A stretch of 24,402 nucleotides of DNA from a virus (lineage: Duplodnaviria > Caudoviricetes), in IMG/VR virus record IMGVR_UViG_3300025572_000030, positions 1-24,402 of that record, one strand, 5' to 3'. A program made the translations under genes and the position numbers. Under the pieces are notes generated by a model. It did no database searches. It saw only the letters and a list, made by a program, of their open reading frames with translations, and was not told the DNA's origin. Of the stretch, positions 15,684 through 23,761 are shown one piece after another; the stretch's first letter is position 1; the number at the start of each line of letters is the position of its first letter.

Positions 15684-16586
15684 TTACTCAGCGCACTTGA
15701 TCTCGACGATCTTCTCGGGCTCGAGCCGCGTGGCGTTCGCGGTGAGGTGCACGTAGATCTGCCACGGATGGCCGCGCAGATCCCGGCGCCGGTCGACCGA
15801 GATCACCATGTCCTGCCAGATCGCGAGATGCATGCCGTCCTTCATCCACACCGGGATGCGACGGTAGCCATCGCTGTCTGTCTTGAGCCGCTGCGTGTGG
15901 TGGAACTTGTAGCCGAGCCAGGTGTCGAGCCGGCCGTCCTTGAGCACGGGCTGGCTGTTGTAGTCGAGGCTGATGACCTCGGCTTCGTGAAGCAGTTGCT
16001 CCTCCTGCGCCGCGGTGATGGCGATGTTGATGAGCTCGCCGTCGCCCTCGTCGAGGGCCTCGTTGCCGCGCAGGATGCGCCGCGCGCGCTTGAGCTTCGC
16101 CGCAGTGAGTCCGGTGGGACCCGATGCGCCCTGATTGACCGCGACGACCTGGCCCGCGAAGCTCGCCCAGGATTCCGTCGTGTTGCCGGTTTCGCCGATG
16201 AGCGCATCGGCGAAGAAGGCGTCGATGATGCGACCGTCGAGCGCGCGGTTACCCGCCGCGACCGCCGCCTGCACGTAGGTCGACGTCGGATCGAGCAGGA
16301 GCCGCAGCTTGTCGAAGTTGTCGACCATGATCGCCAGGTCGAAGTCGATCGGCACGACCCACCGCCGGGCGAGCGGCAGATCGGACCGCGTGATCGGCGC
16401 AAACCGATCGTTGACGGTCTGCATCTCGACCGCGCCGACCTGATCGACCGGGGAGACCTGCTTGCCGCGATAGTTCGCGTTCTCGCTCACCGAGCCGCGC
16501 AGGCGCGAGCGCTTCTGCTGCAGCAACAGGCGAATGTTCGTCGCGAACTGCTGTACGTAGTGCTGCGGAACGTTGTCGCCGGACAT
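15684..16586 (-). CDS. Major capsid protein, 300 aa
   Basis: YVQQFATNIRLLLQQKRSRLR, DKLRLLLDPTS.Y, ISLDYN...L..G....WLGYKF and ATRLE..KIVEI are typical of BPP-1-like capsids. Follows scaffold, strong GGAGG SD. Confidence 0.92.
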   Translation of the reverse strand: MSGDNVPQHYVQQFATNIRLLLQQKRSRLRGSVSENANYRGKQVSPVDQVGAVEMQTVNDRFAPITRSDLPLARRWVVPIDFDLAIMVDNFDKLRLLLDPTSTYVQAAVAAGNRALDGRIIDAFFADALIGETGNTTESWASFAGQVVAVNQGASGPTGLTAAKLKRARRILRGNEALDEGDGELINIAITAAQEEQLLHEAEVISLDYNSQPVLKDGRLDTWLGYKFHHTQRLKTDSDGYRRIPVWMKDGMHLAIWQDMVISVDRRRDLRGHPWQIYVHLTANATRLEPEKIVEIKCAE

Positions 16587-16828
16587 GATGTCCTCCGAAA
16601 AACCCGTTGTATTGCGGTTCTCGAAGGGCTTGTCCGCGTGATGAGCGGGGCCGCTTCTTCCCGGGATACGCCCGGGCGGCGGGCTACTCGTTCAGCCGGT
16701 CAGCGGGGCGAGGGTCCCTCGCTTATCCGCATTCGGATCGGACGGTGCGCTCGGCCCGGAAACCCGGGCCGGTTGCCCGGCCCGGTCTCGCCTTGAGAGG
16801 AACGGTGAGCCGATCGTTTCCGATCGGC
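16587..16828 (-). promoter_or_regulatory. Structured ~240-nt 5' leader of the capsid gene (candidate cis-regulatory RNA)
   Basis: Hairpins at 16809-16828 (GAAA loop), 16764-16785 (GCAA loop), 16703-16730, 16660-16676 and 16623-16657, plus an SD-covering stem. It is the largest intergenic gap in the window. Confidence 0.6.
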
Positions 16829-16833
16829 AGGGT

Positions 16834-16863
16834 AAGCTGAACACGTGGAGCGACAGAATCAAG
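16834..16863 (-). promoter_or_regulatory. Putative late promoter, copy 2 (TTGATT-CTGTCGCTC-N8-CAGCTT) upstream of capsid
   Basis: 16-bp exact repeat with 20104-20119 and 17-bp spacer. Predicted +1 falls at the 5' base of the GAAA hairpin. Confidence 0.62.
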
Positions 16864-16873
16864 AGCTCGCGCG

Positions 16874-17767
16874 TCAGGCGGCGCGCTCTGCGAGCGGTGC
16901 GAGCCGCTCGGCTTCCTTGAGGTAGTCGTCCTGGGAGATCTTCCCCTCGATGCGCTGCTGGCGCAGCTCATCGAGTCGCGCCTTCGCCTGCTGCGGCGTC
17001 ATGCCGCTGCCGCCGCTGCCACTGCCCGCGCCCTCGCCGCCGATGTCGTGCTCGCTCGTGGTTTCACCGAGCGCGACGAAGAGCCGCAGCATCTTCGCCG
17101 TGCCGATCGCCGACTCGAGCGCGTTGAGATCATCGCCGGTCAAGCCAGCTTTCTGCCCGTACGCGCGCAGGCCGCGTCGTGCCCACTCCTCGCGCTCGCT
17201 GAAGCTCGCACCCCACTCGGCCTTGAGCTCTTCGAGCTCGCGGTTGGCCTTCGCTTCGAGCTCGCGCACGTACGCCTCGCGCTGCTGCGCGGCGTACTCG
17301 TTGACGGCCTTGGCGATCGTGACGGCCGCGGCCTTCGGCACGCCGGCCTGGTGGAAGACGCCGGCGACGAACTGCGCGAACTTGGCGTCCGCCTCGCTCG
17401 GCTTGCCGTCCGGGCCTGTCGGCACCGGGAGCTCGTACTCCTCCGGCTTCGCCGGTCGGCCGAGCCGCTCCCACACCTTCGCCCATCCTTCCGCGTCGTC
17501 GGGCTTCGGCAGGCGCAGGATCTGCTCAGGCGGTGCGCCGATGAGCTTCTCCAGGTTGTAGGCGCTCTCGAGTGCGGTGATGGGATCCGCGAATGCCTTG
17601 TTCGCGACCCACTCGCGAAGCTCGGCCCGGTCGGCCGGGATCTCGCCGTACCACGGCGTTTGCGTGCCGCTGCTGCTCGCCGGCGCGCCCTGATTGCCGG
17701 CGCCGGCTGCGGCGCCGCCGTTCGACTGCTGGCCGTTGCTCTGCTGGCCGTTCGACTGCTGATTCAT
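16874..17767 (-). CDS. Capsid scaffolding protein, 297 aa
   Basis: Between portal and capsid. LEKLIG, LGRP.KPEEY and LKAEWG motifs, helical, disordered N-terminus. Confidence 0.85.
   Translation of the reverse strand: MNQQSNGQQSNGQQSNGGAAAGAGNQGAPASSSGTQTPWYGEIPADRAELREWVANKAFADPITALESAYNLEKLIGAPPEQILRLPKPDDAEGWAKVWERLGRPAKPEEYELPVPTGPDGKPSEADAKFAQFVAGVFHQAGVPKAAAVTIAKAVNEYAAQQREAYVRELEAKANRELEELKAEWGASFSEREEWARRGLRAYGQKAGLTGDDLNALESAIGTAKMLRLFVALGETTSEHDIGGEGAGSGSGGSGMTPQQAKARLDELRQQRIEGKISQDDYLKEAERLAPLAERAA
17717..17761 (-). repeat. 3 x 15-bp tandem repeat encoding QQSNG
   Basis: CAGCAGTCGAACGGC / CAGCAGAGCAACGGC / CAGCAGTCGAACGGC at the scaffold N-terminus. Confidence 0.9.
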
Positions 17768-18153
17768 GGGGGATCATCCTCAATATCGCCTCCGTCGAGG
17801 CCGGTCATCATGAGGATGCGGATGTACATGTCGCGCATCCCCTCCCGGTACGCCGTCGCGTACGGGTCTGCGGTGCGCGTGACGGGACTGATGACGAGTC
17901 CGCCGCGCGTGAAACGGGAGAAGCGCTTGAGGTCGGCGAGCACGATCTGTGCCGCCGGATGCGGCACCTTGTGCGCGCCCTTGAACGTGAGCTGGTAGGC
18001 CGGTCGCGGCGAGACGAGCGCGCGCAGGCAGAGCCGGATGAGCTGCCAGCGGGAGAGCAGCACGCCCATGTCGGTGAACATGGTCGCGCGGTACGCCTGG
18101 CGCTTGCGCTCGAGGCGCTCGATGAGCTCGCGTTTGGCTTCGCCGAGATCCAT
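17764..18153 (-). CDS. Bbp19-like protein, 129 aa
   Basis: AQIVLADLKRF...DPYATAYREGMR motif, in the usual position between portal and scaffold. Confidence 0.78.
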   Translation of the reverse strand: MDLGEAKRELIERLERKRQAYRATMFTDMGVLLSRWQLIRLCLRALVSPRPAYQLTFKGAHKVPHPAAQIVLADLKRFSRFTRGGLVISPVTRTADPYATAYREGMRDMYIRILMMTGLDGGDIEDDPP

Positions 18154-19787
18154 TACGCGGCGATCGACTGCCTGATCTGCTCAGCCTGGGCGAGGTCCTT
18201 CGCGCTGCGCGCCACGTTCGGCGCCGCCTGCGCCACCGCAGCGAGCGCCTGCACCTGCTCGCGCTGACGCATCAGCGCCTCGACCTGCTCGCGTGTACGC
18301 AGCAGCTTCGTCGGCATGCCGTGGATGTCGGCGAGCGCGCGGATGCTCTCCTCGACGTCGATCACGAGCGCGGCCCGCGGGTCGATCGCCGCCGCAGCGC
18401 CGGCGAGGTCCATCGTGCGGGTGATGGCGAGCGCCTCGGCCGCACGACGCGCGCGGGCCAGCGGTGAGCGATAGACGATCTGGTACGCCCCGCCGCGCTC
18501 GCGGAGCTGCTCGGGCATCTCCTCGAGCACCCAGGCCCCTTCGCTCGATCGCACGTAGAGGTCGATCTCGCGCGCGATCATCGGCCCGAGATCTTCGGCC
18601 TCAAGCCGCGCCGTCGTCGGCGAGAGGAGCTGCGCCTTCTCTTCGAGCCGCGCGAGCACCTCGGTCGCGGTCATGTCAGGCTTCTCGGCGAGGATCTGGA
18701 AGAGCGATACGAGAAACGCCTCGTTGATCGCCCGCTGCTCAAGCTCCATGAGCTCCACGCCGATGTCGACGCGCGCCTGGCTGTTGAACGCCTGCACGAG
18801 CGGCGTGCCCTGATCGGAGAGCGCGCCGTAGTTGAGCGCGCCCGAGCGCATGTTGAAGCCGTCGAGGATGCCATCCTCGGTGAGGAGCACCGGTGGGTCG
18901 ACGGCCTTCTGACCGGCCCGCAGCACGGTCTTCTTCTGCTCGTTGACCGTGAGGATCGAGGGGAAGGCGATCACGGCCGGCGATCGCGCGTACGTTTCGC
19001 CCACGCCCTTCATGAACCGCCCGTTCGCAAACGGCCACGTCCAGAATCCACCGCGCGAGATCACGCTCTTCGTGCGCGGATAGACGTGGTAGGAGGCCCA
19101 GGGCATGCCGCGCCAGTCGCGCCGGCCGGGTTTGAGCTCGTCATTCGGCCGCACGCAGTGGATGAAGTCATGCAGCGCGTTCGGGTTCTTCTCCGCGTCG
19201 TACTTCACCTGCGGCGGCGCGAGCTCGCGGAACTGCTCGTACGCCTGGCGCGCGGTGAGCTGGTACTTGCGGAACTGGATGTAGATCACGCCCTGGTGAT
19301 TCTCGATCCAGTACACCTCGCGCATCGGCAGAGCGCGATAGCGATTGCCGCGGCCGATCTCCTCGTCGATGAACAGGCTGTAGTTGCCGAAGGCGCCCAG
19401 CGAGAGATAGTTCTCCTGACGCTGGCTGACGAAGTTCGCCTCGGGGCGATAGCGGCGGGCGAAGAGCGCCTTGGTGAGGCGCTCGAGAAACTCCTTGCAC
19501 TCCTGATCGTCCTGAAGGTCTTCGTCCTCGGGTTCGAGCCCGTGCCACGTCTGATCGCGCGGCGTGGCGCCCTCGCTGATGAACGCAGCAAAGCGGGAGC
19601 AGGCGGTGATGGCCGTCGTATCGAACGCGCGATCCTCGCGGCGCTGGCCCTCCTCGGTCTGCACGGTGAAGCCGACCGAGCTCGGCAGCACGCGGTAGGC
19701 GATCTCGTCCCAGAGCGAATCCCAATTCGCGCGCTTGGCGACCGCATCCTCGAGGTCGCGGCAGATCGTGTTCGCGTCGTCGCTCAT
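18153..19787 (-). CDS. Portal protein (head-to-tail connector), 544 aa
   Basis: W.EIA..VLP, FDTTA, LGAFGN, GETYARSPA, KAVDPP, MTATEV..R.EE and YRSPLARA motifs of T7/BPP-1-type portals. Confidence 0.93.
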   Translation of the reverse strand: MSDDANTICRDLEDAVAKRANWDSLWDEIAYRVLPSSVGFTVQTEEGQRREDRAFDTTAITACSRFAAFISEGATPRDQTWHGLEPEDEDLQDDQECKEFLERLTKALFARRYRPEANFVSQRQENYLSLGAFGNYSLFIDEEIGRGNRYRALPMREVYWIENHQGVIYIQFRKYQLTARQAYEQFRELAPPQVKYDAEKNPNALHDFIHCVRPNDELKPGRRDWRGMPWASYHVYPRTKSVISRGGFWTWPFANGRFMKGVGETYARSPAVIAFPSILTVNEQKKTVLRAGQKAVDPPVLLTEDGILDGFNMRSGALNYGALSDQGTPLVQAFNSQARVDIGVELMELEQRAINEAFLVSLFQILAEKPDMTATEVLARLEEKAQLLSPTTARLEAEDLGPMIAREIDLYVRSSEGAWVLEEMPEQLRERGGAYQIVYRSPLARARRAAEALAITRTMDLAGAAAAIDPRAALVIDVEESIRALADIHGMPTKLLRTREQVEALMRQREQVQALAAVAQAAPNVARSAKDLAQAEQIRQSIAA

Positions 19788-20072
19788 TCAGGAACCCAGG
19801 AGCGTCTTGGTGCCGACCAGTGGCGTCGAGGGATTTGCGCCGCCGTAGATGTTCGCGAGCACGCCCTGGCGGCGGCGCAGGCGGTCTGTTTCGATCTGGC
19901 GCATCCTCGCGTCGTCGATCGTCGCCGGGCGACGCGGTCGGGCCGCCTCGAGCGCAGCGCGGCGGCGGCGCTTGGTCCGCTCCGAGGGTGGAGTGATGCC
20001 TGCGCTCTCGAAGCCGAGGATCTCGCCGATCCGCTTCGAGCCTTCCTCGAACGACTCCCACACTTCGCCCAT
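19788..20072 (-). CDS. Small pre-portal virion protein, 94 aa
   Basis: GGAGG SD. RRRQG...I and a C-terminal KTLLG are typical of small genes directly upstream of these portals. Confidence 0.75.
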   Translation of the reverse strand: MGEVWESFEEGSKRIGEILGFESAGITPPSERTKRRRRAALEAARPRRPATIDDARMRQIETDRLRRRQGVLANIYGGANPSTPLVGTKTLLGS

Positions 20073-20089
20073 ACGTACCTCCGGCGGCG

Positions 20090-20119
20090 ACTGTCAGAGC
20101 GGCGAGCGACAGAATCAAG
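20090..20119 (-). promoter_or_regulatory. Putative late promoter, copy 1 (TTGATT-CTGTCGCTC-N8-GACAGT) upstream of portal block
   Basis: 16-bp exact repeat with 16848-16863. Predicted +1 near 20083, just before GGAGG (20078-20082). The -35 overlaps the upstream TGA stop. Confidence 0.62.
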
Positions 20120-20318
20120 TCACTGCGTAGCGCGGTTTGCGGCGCCTGCCGCTGTACTGCCCGAGCGCGAATTCCCGCGCCGTCGCACGCGCGTAGTCAT
20201 GCGGCGCGACCTGCCGCGCGATCGCTTCGAGCGGGCTGCCGTCCTCGAGCGGCGGCATCACGTCAGCGGCCTTTGTCTGAGTCGGCTTTGTCTGATCGCG
20301 ATGTTTCACGTGGAGCAT
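20115..20318 (-). CDS. Hypothetical protein, 67 aa (MLHVKHRD...GRRRKPRYAVT)
   Basis: ATG 2 nt after the terL stop. Fills the gap exactly. The ORF-track extension to 20738 overlaps terL and is not credible. Confidence 0.6.
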   Translation of the reverse strand: MLHVKHRDQTKPTQTKAADVMPPLEDGSPLEAIARQVAPHDYARATAREFALGQYSGRRRKPRYAVT

Positions 20319-20320
20319 CC

Positions 20321-21799
20321 TTACGTCAGTGCATAGCGCGGCCGCGAGCCTGCGGTGCGCGGGCGCGCGGAGACGACGCGACGGCCCTCGCCCGCGCCAA
20401 GGAGCTGGTACTGGTACGCCTCGGCGACGTGCGAAAACTGATTCTTCTCCGGCTTGTCGGCGAAGCGCTCCATGTTGCGCAACCAGATGCGACGAAACGC
20501 ATACGCGCCGCCGCACGCCTTGCGGAGCACCTGGCACTCCGGGTGAATGATCGCGCCGGGCTGCCCGTCGATGAGACGGCCGAAGGCGCCATTGACTGCA
20601 TCGACGCGCACGCTGAACTCGTTGGTGTGCGCGGGCCGTGCGTCGATGCCTGCCGCCCGCAGGATCTGAAAGACGGTCTCCTCGTGCGCGTCCATCGCCT
20701 CGCCCGATGGGTCGCCCGTGATGTTCCGAAACTCCCACCCAGGCAGCTTAGCCTCGATGAAGAGCTTCAGCTCGCGCGCGAAGTTCTTCACGCCCATGCG
20801 CTGCGTGACGAGCTCGTAGCGGGTGCGCCAGGCGCCATTCGGGAGCTGCTGACCGATCGTCGCGGCCGGAGTGAGACCGAAGTCGAGCCCGATCGAGAGC
20901 GGCACGCCGCGCAGGAGCTCGAAGGGGCGGCAGTGGAGCGCGTCCGAGTACGCGTCGTAGATCGGTTTCCCGTCTCGAACGAAGCCGTACTCGTTGCGGA
21001 TGTAGACGCGGATCCAGTCGTCGCTCTTGCCGACCTTCGCGAATGCGTAATAGCCGGGGCGCAGGTTCTCGAGGTTCTCCGCATCCGGGGAGTCGCCCGG
21101 GGGCTGGGCGAAGAACTCGAGGAGCGGCTGGCCGGGATCGAGGATCCCCGCGGCGCGCAGTTCCTCTTCGGCATGCCGCGTGGATTCCCATACCTCGCGC
21201 GCGGCCGGCGTCGACGTATCGCGCTCGGCGAGCACGTACCACCAGTGATCGGAGTCCATCGAGTTGGTGTCGAGGATGATCTGCGGATTCGAGCATCCGC
21301 CGTCCTTCCTCGCTGGATAGCGCCCGACGCGGCCAGAGAGCGCGTCGATGATCGGCTTCGGGATCTCGCGCGCCTCGTTGACCCAGGCATCGGAGAGCTC
21401 CATCGAGAGGAGCTTTCGCACGTCAGCCGGGCGATCGAGCGCGATGAACCAGACCTGCCAATCGAACTTGTTGACGTAATCGATGAACCGATGCTCTGGC
21501 GGGCCGTGACTGCGCCACTGGCCGAGGTGCTGCGGGAGCCACTGGTGCCAGGTCGGGATCGTTGTCGTCTTGAGGTCCGGTTGCGTGTTGCGAATGATCG
21601 CCGTGCGACGCCGGATCCAGCCGTCAGGGCCGCGCCGCTGCGCGCGCGCGTTCCTGATGAGCTTCATCACGCACGCGGTCGACTTGCCCGAGCCGATCGG
21701 CCCGCGGATGCCGCAGAGGAACGCGGCGCTCAGGATGAACGCTCGCGAGACAGGCCCCGGAGGTCTGTACGTCCACCCGTTCGCGCTCACTGCGGTCAT
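20321..21799 (-). CDS. terL: Terminase large subunit, 492 aa
   Basis: Walker A GPIGSGKS, Walker B AWVNEARE, coupling motif LDTN, RNase H-like GLDFGLTPA, GDPSG and FSHVAEAYQY. Confidence 0.93.
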   Translation of the reverse strand: MTAVSANGWTYRPPGPVSRAFILSAAFLCGIRGPIGSGKSTACVMKLIRNARAQRRGPDGWIRRRTAIIRNTQPDLKTTTIPTWHQWLPQHLGQWRSHGPPEHRFIDYVNKFDWQVWFIALDRPADVRKLLSMELSDAWVNEAREIPKPIIDALSGRVGRYPARKDGGCSNPQIILDTNSMDSDHWWYVLAERDTSTPAAREVWESTRHAEEELRAAGILDPGQPLLEFFAQPPGDSPDAENLENLRPGYYAFAKVGKSDDWIRVYIRNEYGFVRDGKPIYDAYSDALHCRPFELLRGVPLSIGLDFGLTPAATIGQQLPNGAWRTRYELVTQRMGVKNFARELKLFIEAKLPGWEFRNITGDPSGEAMDAHEETVFQILRAAGIDARPAHTNEFSVRVDAVNGAFGRLIDGQPGAIIHPECQVLRKACGGAYAFRRIWLRNMERFADKPEKNQFSHVAEAYQYQLLGAGEGRRVVSARPRTAGSRPRYALT

Positions 21800-22323
21800 A
21801 GGTTGATTTGGATGTTGAACACCGAGCCCTTGCCCCCTGGGGCGCTCGAGGTAAGGCCGCCGAGCTCGGCGAGGTCGCGAAGCGCCTGCCGCTTATCCCA
21901 GCGTTTGATTCTTGTGATCCGCGAGCCGTCCTCGCGGACTTCCACCTCGACGCCGGCGATCATCGCAGCCTGCTCTGCGGTGAGTGCGTGCATGGGCTTC
22001 ACTTCCCCATTCTGGTCGAAGAGCTCCCGCGGATCGCCGAAGGCGATACGGGCGAGTTCGCGCACGATCATGTGCTGCGTGATGCCGACCGACTCGAGCA
22101 GCTGCTCGCGCCGTTCAGCGAGTGCGGCGCGCACGTCGGGCCGCGCCATCCACTTCGACGCCTGGACGGACGGCTGCTTGAGGTGCGGCCGGAGCGTGCG
22201 GGCCGCCTGCGCCGGCTTCTCGCCCGTCAGGACGAGATCGACGAAACGTTGCAGGACCGGCCGCAGGGCATCGTACGCGCTCGTTGCAGCCGGCTCGATC
22301 GGGGCAAGGCTGTTCTCGCTCAT
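21796..22323 (-). CDS. terS: Terminase small subunit, 175 aa
   Basis: N-terminal HTH-like region, ELARIAFGDPRELFD, DK..AL..L, C-terminal FNIQINL strand. ATGA coupling to terL. Confidence 0.88.
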   Translation of the reverse strand: MSENSLAPIEPAATSAYDALRPVLQRFVDLVLTGEKPAQAARTLRPHLKQPSVQASKWMARPDVRAALAERREQLLESVGITQHMIVRELARIAFGDPRELFDQNGEVKPMHALTAEQAAMIAGVEVEVREDGSRITRIKRWDKRQALRDLAELGGLTSSAPGGKGSVFNIQINL

Positions 22324-22586
22324 TCGCCCTTCGGCAGCACGAGCACGGCGGCGGCGGCGCGCTGCGCCCGTGAATTGCGCGAGCTCGCCGGAACCCGCGT
22401 CTGATGCCCGAGCCTCGTCATGATGAGGTCAGTCACCTCGGCGAGGATCTGCTGGCCGGACTCGCCCTCGAGCCGCGCGACGACATCGCCGTTACCGTCG
22501 AGGCTCGAGATGAACGAGCGCAGGCGCATGAGCTCCGTGGACTGCCCGCGGACGATCCGCTTTCGGATGAGTTCGACGTGTTTCAT
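22320..22586 (-). CDS. Hypothetical protein, 88 aa (MKHVELIRKRIV...)
   Basis: ATGA overlaps on both sides and AAAGGA SD. The longer ORF-track version overlaps the nuclease gene. Confidence 0.65.
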   Translation of the reverse strand: MKHVELIRKRIVRGQSTELMRLRSFISSLDGNGDVVARLEGESGQQILAEVTDLIMTRLGHQTRVPASSRNSRAQRAAAAVLVLPKGE

Positions 22587-23032
22587 TGCGGTCCTTTCCA
22601 CCCCCGCGCGTAGAGCACGCGCTGTGTCATGTCGATCGCGTAGCCGGATTTCACCTGCGACTGCTCGAAGCGCAGCACGGTCCAGCCGAGGAGCGCGGCC
22701 GCCGCGTACTTCTCGCAGTCGTCCTTGAATCCCTGCACGCTCGCGTGTCGGCCGGTGACGATGAGCTGCCCGCCGATCCGGCGCACGACGAGACCCTCGA
22801 TCTCGACCGCGAGGCGGTATTCCGGCCAGGCGAAGTCGAACCGCCACTGCCTCGGCTTCGGCGGCTTGCGCTGTCCTGGCACTGGTGCGTCGGCGGCGAA
22901 CCGGAACTGCGTAACCACAGGCGGCAGGCGCATCGCGCGGCACTGGAAGGCGAAGAGCTCCTCCTTCGAGCGCGCCTTTGGCGCTGGCTTCTCCGGCAGC
23001 AATCCGATCTGCGCGGCGGGAATCGGAATCAT
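22583..23032 (-). CDS. PD-(D/E)XK endonuclease, Vsr/DUF559-like, 149 aa
   Basis: QFRF...RQWRFDFAWPEYRLAVEIEG...GRH...DCEKY..A..LGWTVLRF. GGAGG SD before ATG 23032. Confidence 0.85.
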   Translation of the reverse strand: MIPIPAAQIGLLPEKPAPKARSKEELFAFQCRAMRLPPVVTQFRFAADAPVPGQRKPPKPRQWRFDFAWPEYRLAVEIEGLVVRRIGGQLIVTGRHASVQGFKDDCEKYAAAALLGWTVLRFEQSQVKSGYAIDMTQRVLYARGWKGPQ

Positions 23033-23048
23033 CGAGCCTCCGAGCCCA

Positions 23049-23072
23049 CCCGGCGGGGAGCACCCCGCCGGG
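23049..23072. other. Perfect 10-bp GC inverted repeat (intergenic hairpin)
   Basis: CCCGGCGGGG-AGCA-CCCCGCCGGG with no U-tract on either side. Confidence 0.6.
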
Positions 23073-23108
23073 GCGGACTGTTGTCGCACGAGGTATCCGT
23101 CAGTCGCG

Positions 23109-23396
23109 CTACCACGGCCAGCGCCAGCCGGTCGCGGGTTCGTCCTGCGGCGTGATGAGCTTCTCCTCGCGGCGGATCCACATCGGCTGCGAGGGGTTGC
23201 CGGTGAACACGGTCAGATCGACCGTCGTCGCGTCGTGGACCTTGGTCACGATCGCCGGCAGCGGATCGCGCGTGCCGCGGACGAAATGCACGATCTGGCC
23301 GAGCACGGGCGCGGGCGGCTCGCCGCTCGCGACGATCGGCTCCTGCTCGGCAGGCGGCGCCTGCGTCTCGGTGTCGTGCTGCGTGGTCTCGGTCAT
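23109..23396 (-). CDS. Hypothetical protein, 95 aa
   Basis: AGGAG SD and ATGA coupling. P.LGQIVHF...PAIVT.V....VDLTVF...W.WP is a pattern of small phage beta proteins. Confidence 0.75.
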   Translation of the reverse strand: MTETTQHDTETQAPPAEQEPIVASGEPPAPVLGQIVHFVRGTRDPLPAIVTKVHDATTVDLTVFTGNPSQPMWIRREEKLITPQDEPATGWRWPW

Positions 23397-23761
23397 CGTC
23401 GAAGTCTCCTGGTGAGGTTGCGGTTGATGGGGCGGCTCGCCGCGCGTCTGCTCAGTCCTTCAGGTGGCGGTTGAACGGACGAAGAACGCGGGAGCTCGGC
23501 ACGCGCATCGAAGGCGGCGAGCTCCTCGCCGTACACGGCATGCCAGACCTCGGCGTAGGTGAGCCGATAGTCAGGCGGGAAGAAATCGCTGGCGCGCGCG
23601 GCGAAGATCGGGCGCAGCCGCTCGCGGCGGTCGACCGTCGTCGTGACGCCCGCGAAGGGATCGGTGTCGATGACACCCGCAAGCTGCAGCGCCTCGGCCG
23701 CCATGATCTCGAGGCCGAGCGCTGCGCAGGCGTGTCGGCGCGGCGGCAGATGAAAGCTCAT
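23393..23761 (-). CDS. Hypothetical protein, 122 aa (MSFHLPPRRH...)
   Basis: GGAGG SD and ATGA overlap at 23758-23761. Confidence 0.62.
   Translation of the reverse strand: MSFHLPPRRHACAALGLEIMAAEALQLAGVIDTDPFAGVTTTVDRRERLRPIFAARASDFFPPDYRLTYAEVWHAVYGEELAAFDARAELPRSSSVQPPPEGLSRRAASRPINRNLTRRLRR

Noticed and set aside
15684-15720. Possible T7-style capsid frameshift or readthrough extension
   Set aside because: No slippery sequence near the TAA, and the next gene has its own SD.
16607-16971. ORFs across the scaffold-capsid gap (16607..16840 + and 16723..16971 -)
   Set aside because: Low-complexity translations of GC hairpins; the region is better explained as promoter plus structured leader.
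20273-22423. 716-aa plus-strand ORF
   Set aside because: Antisense shadow of terL and terS.
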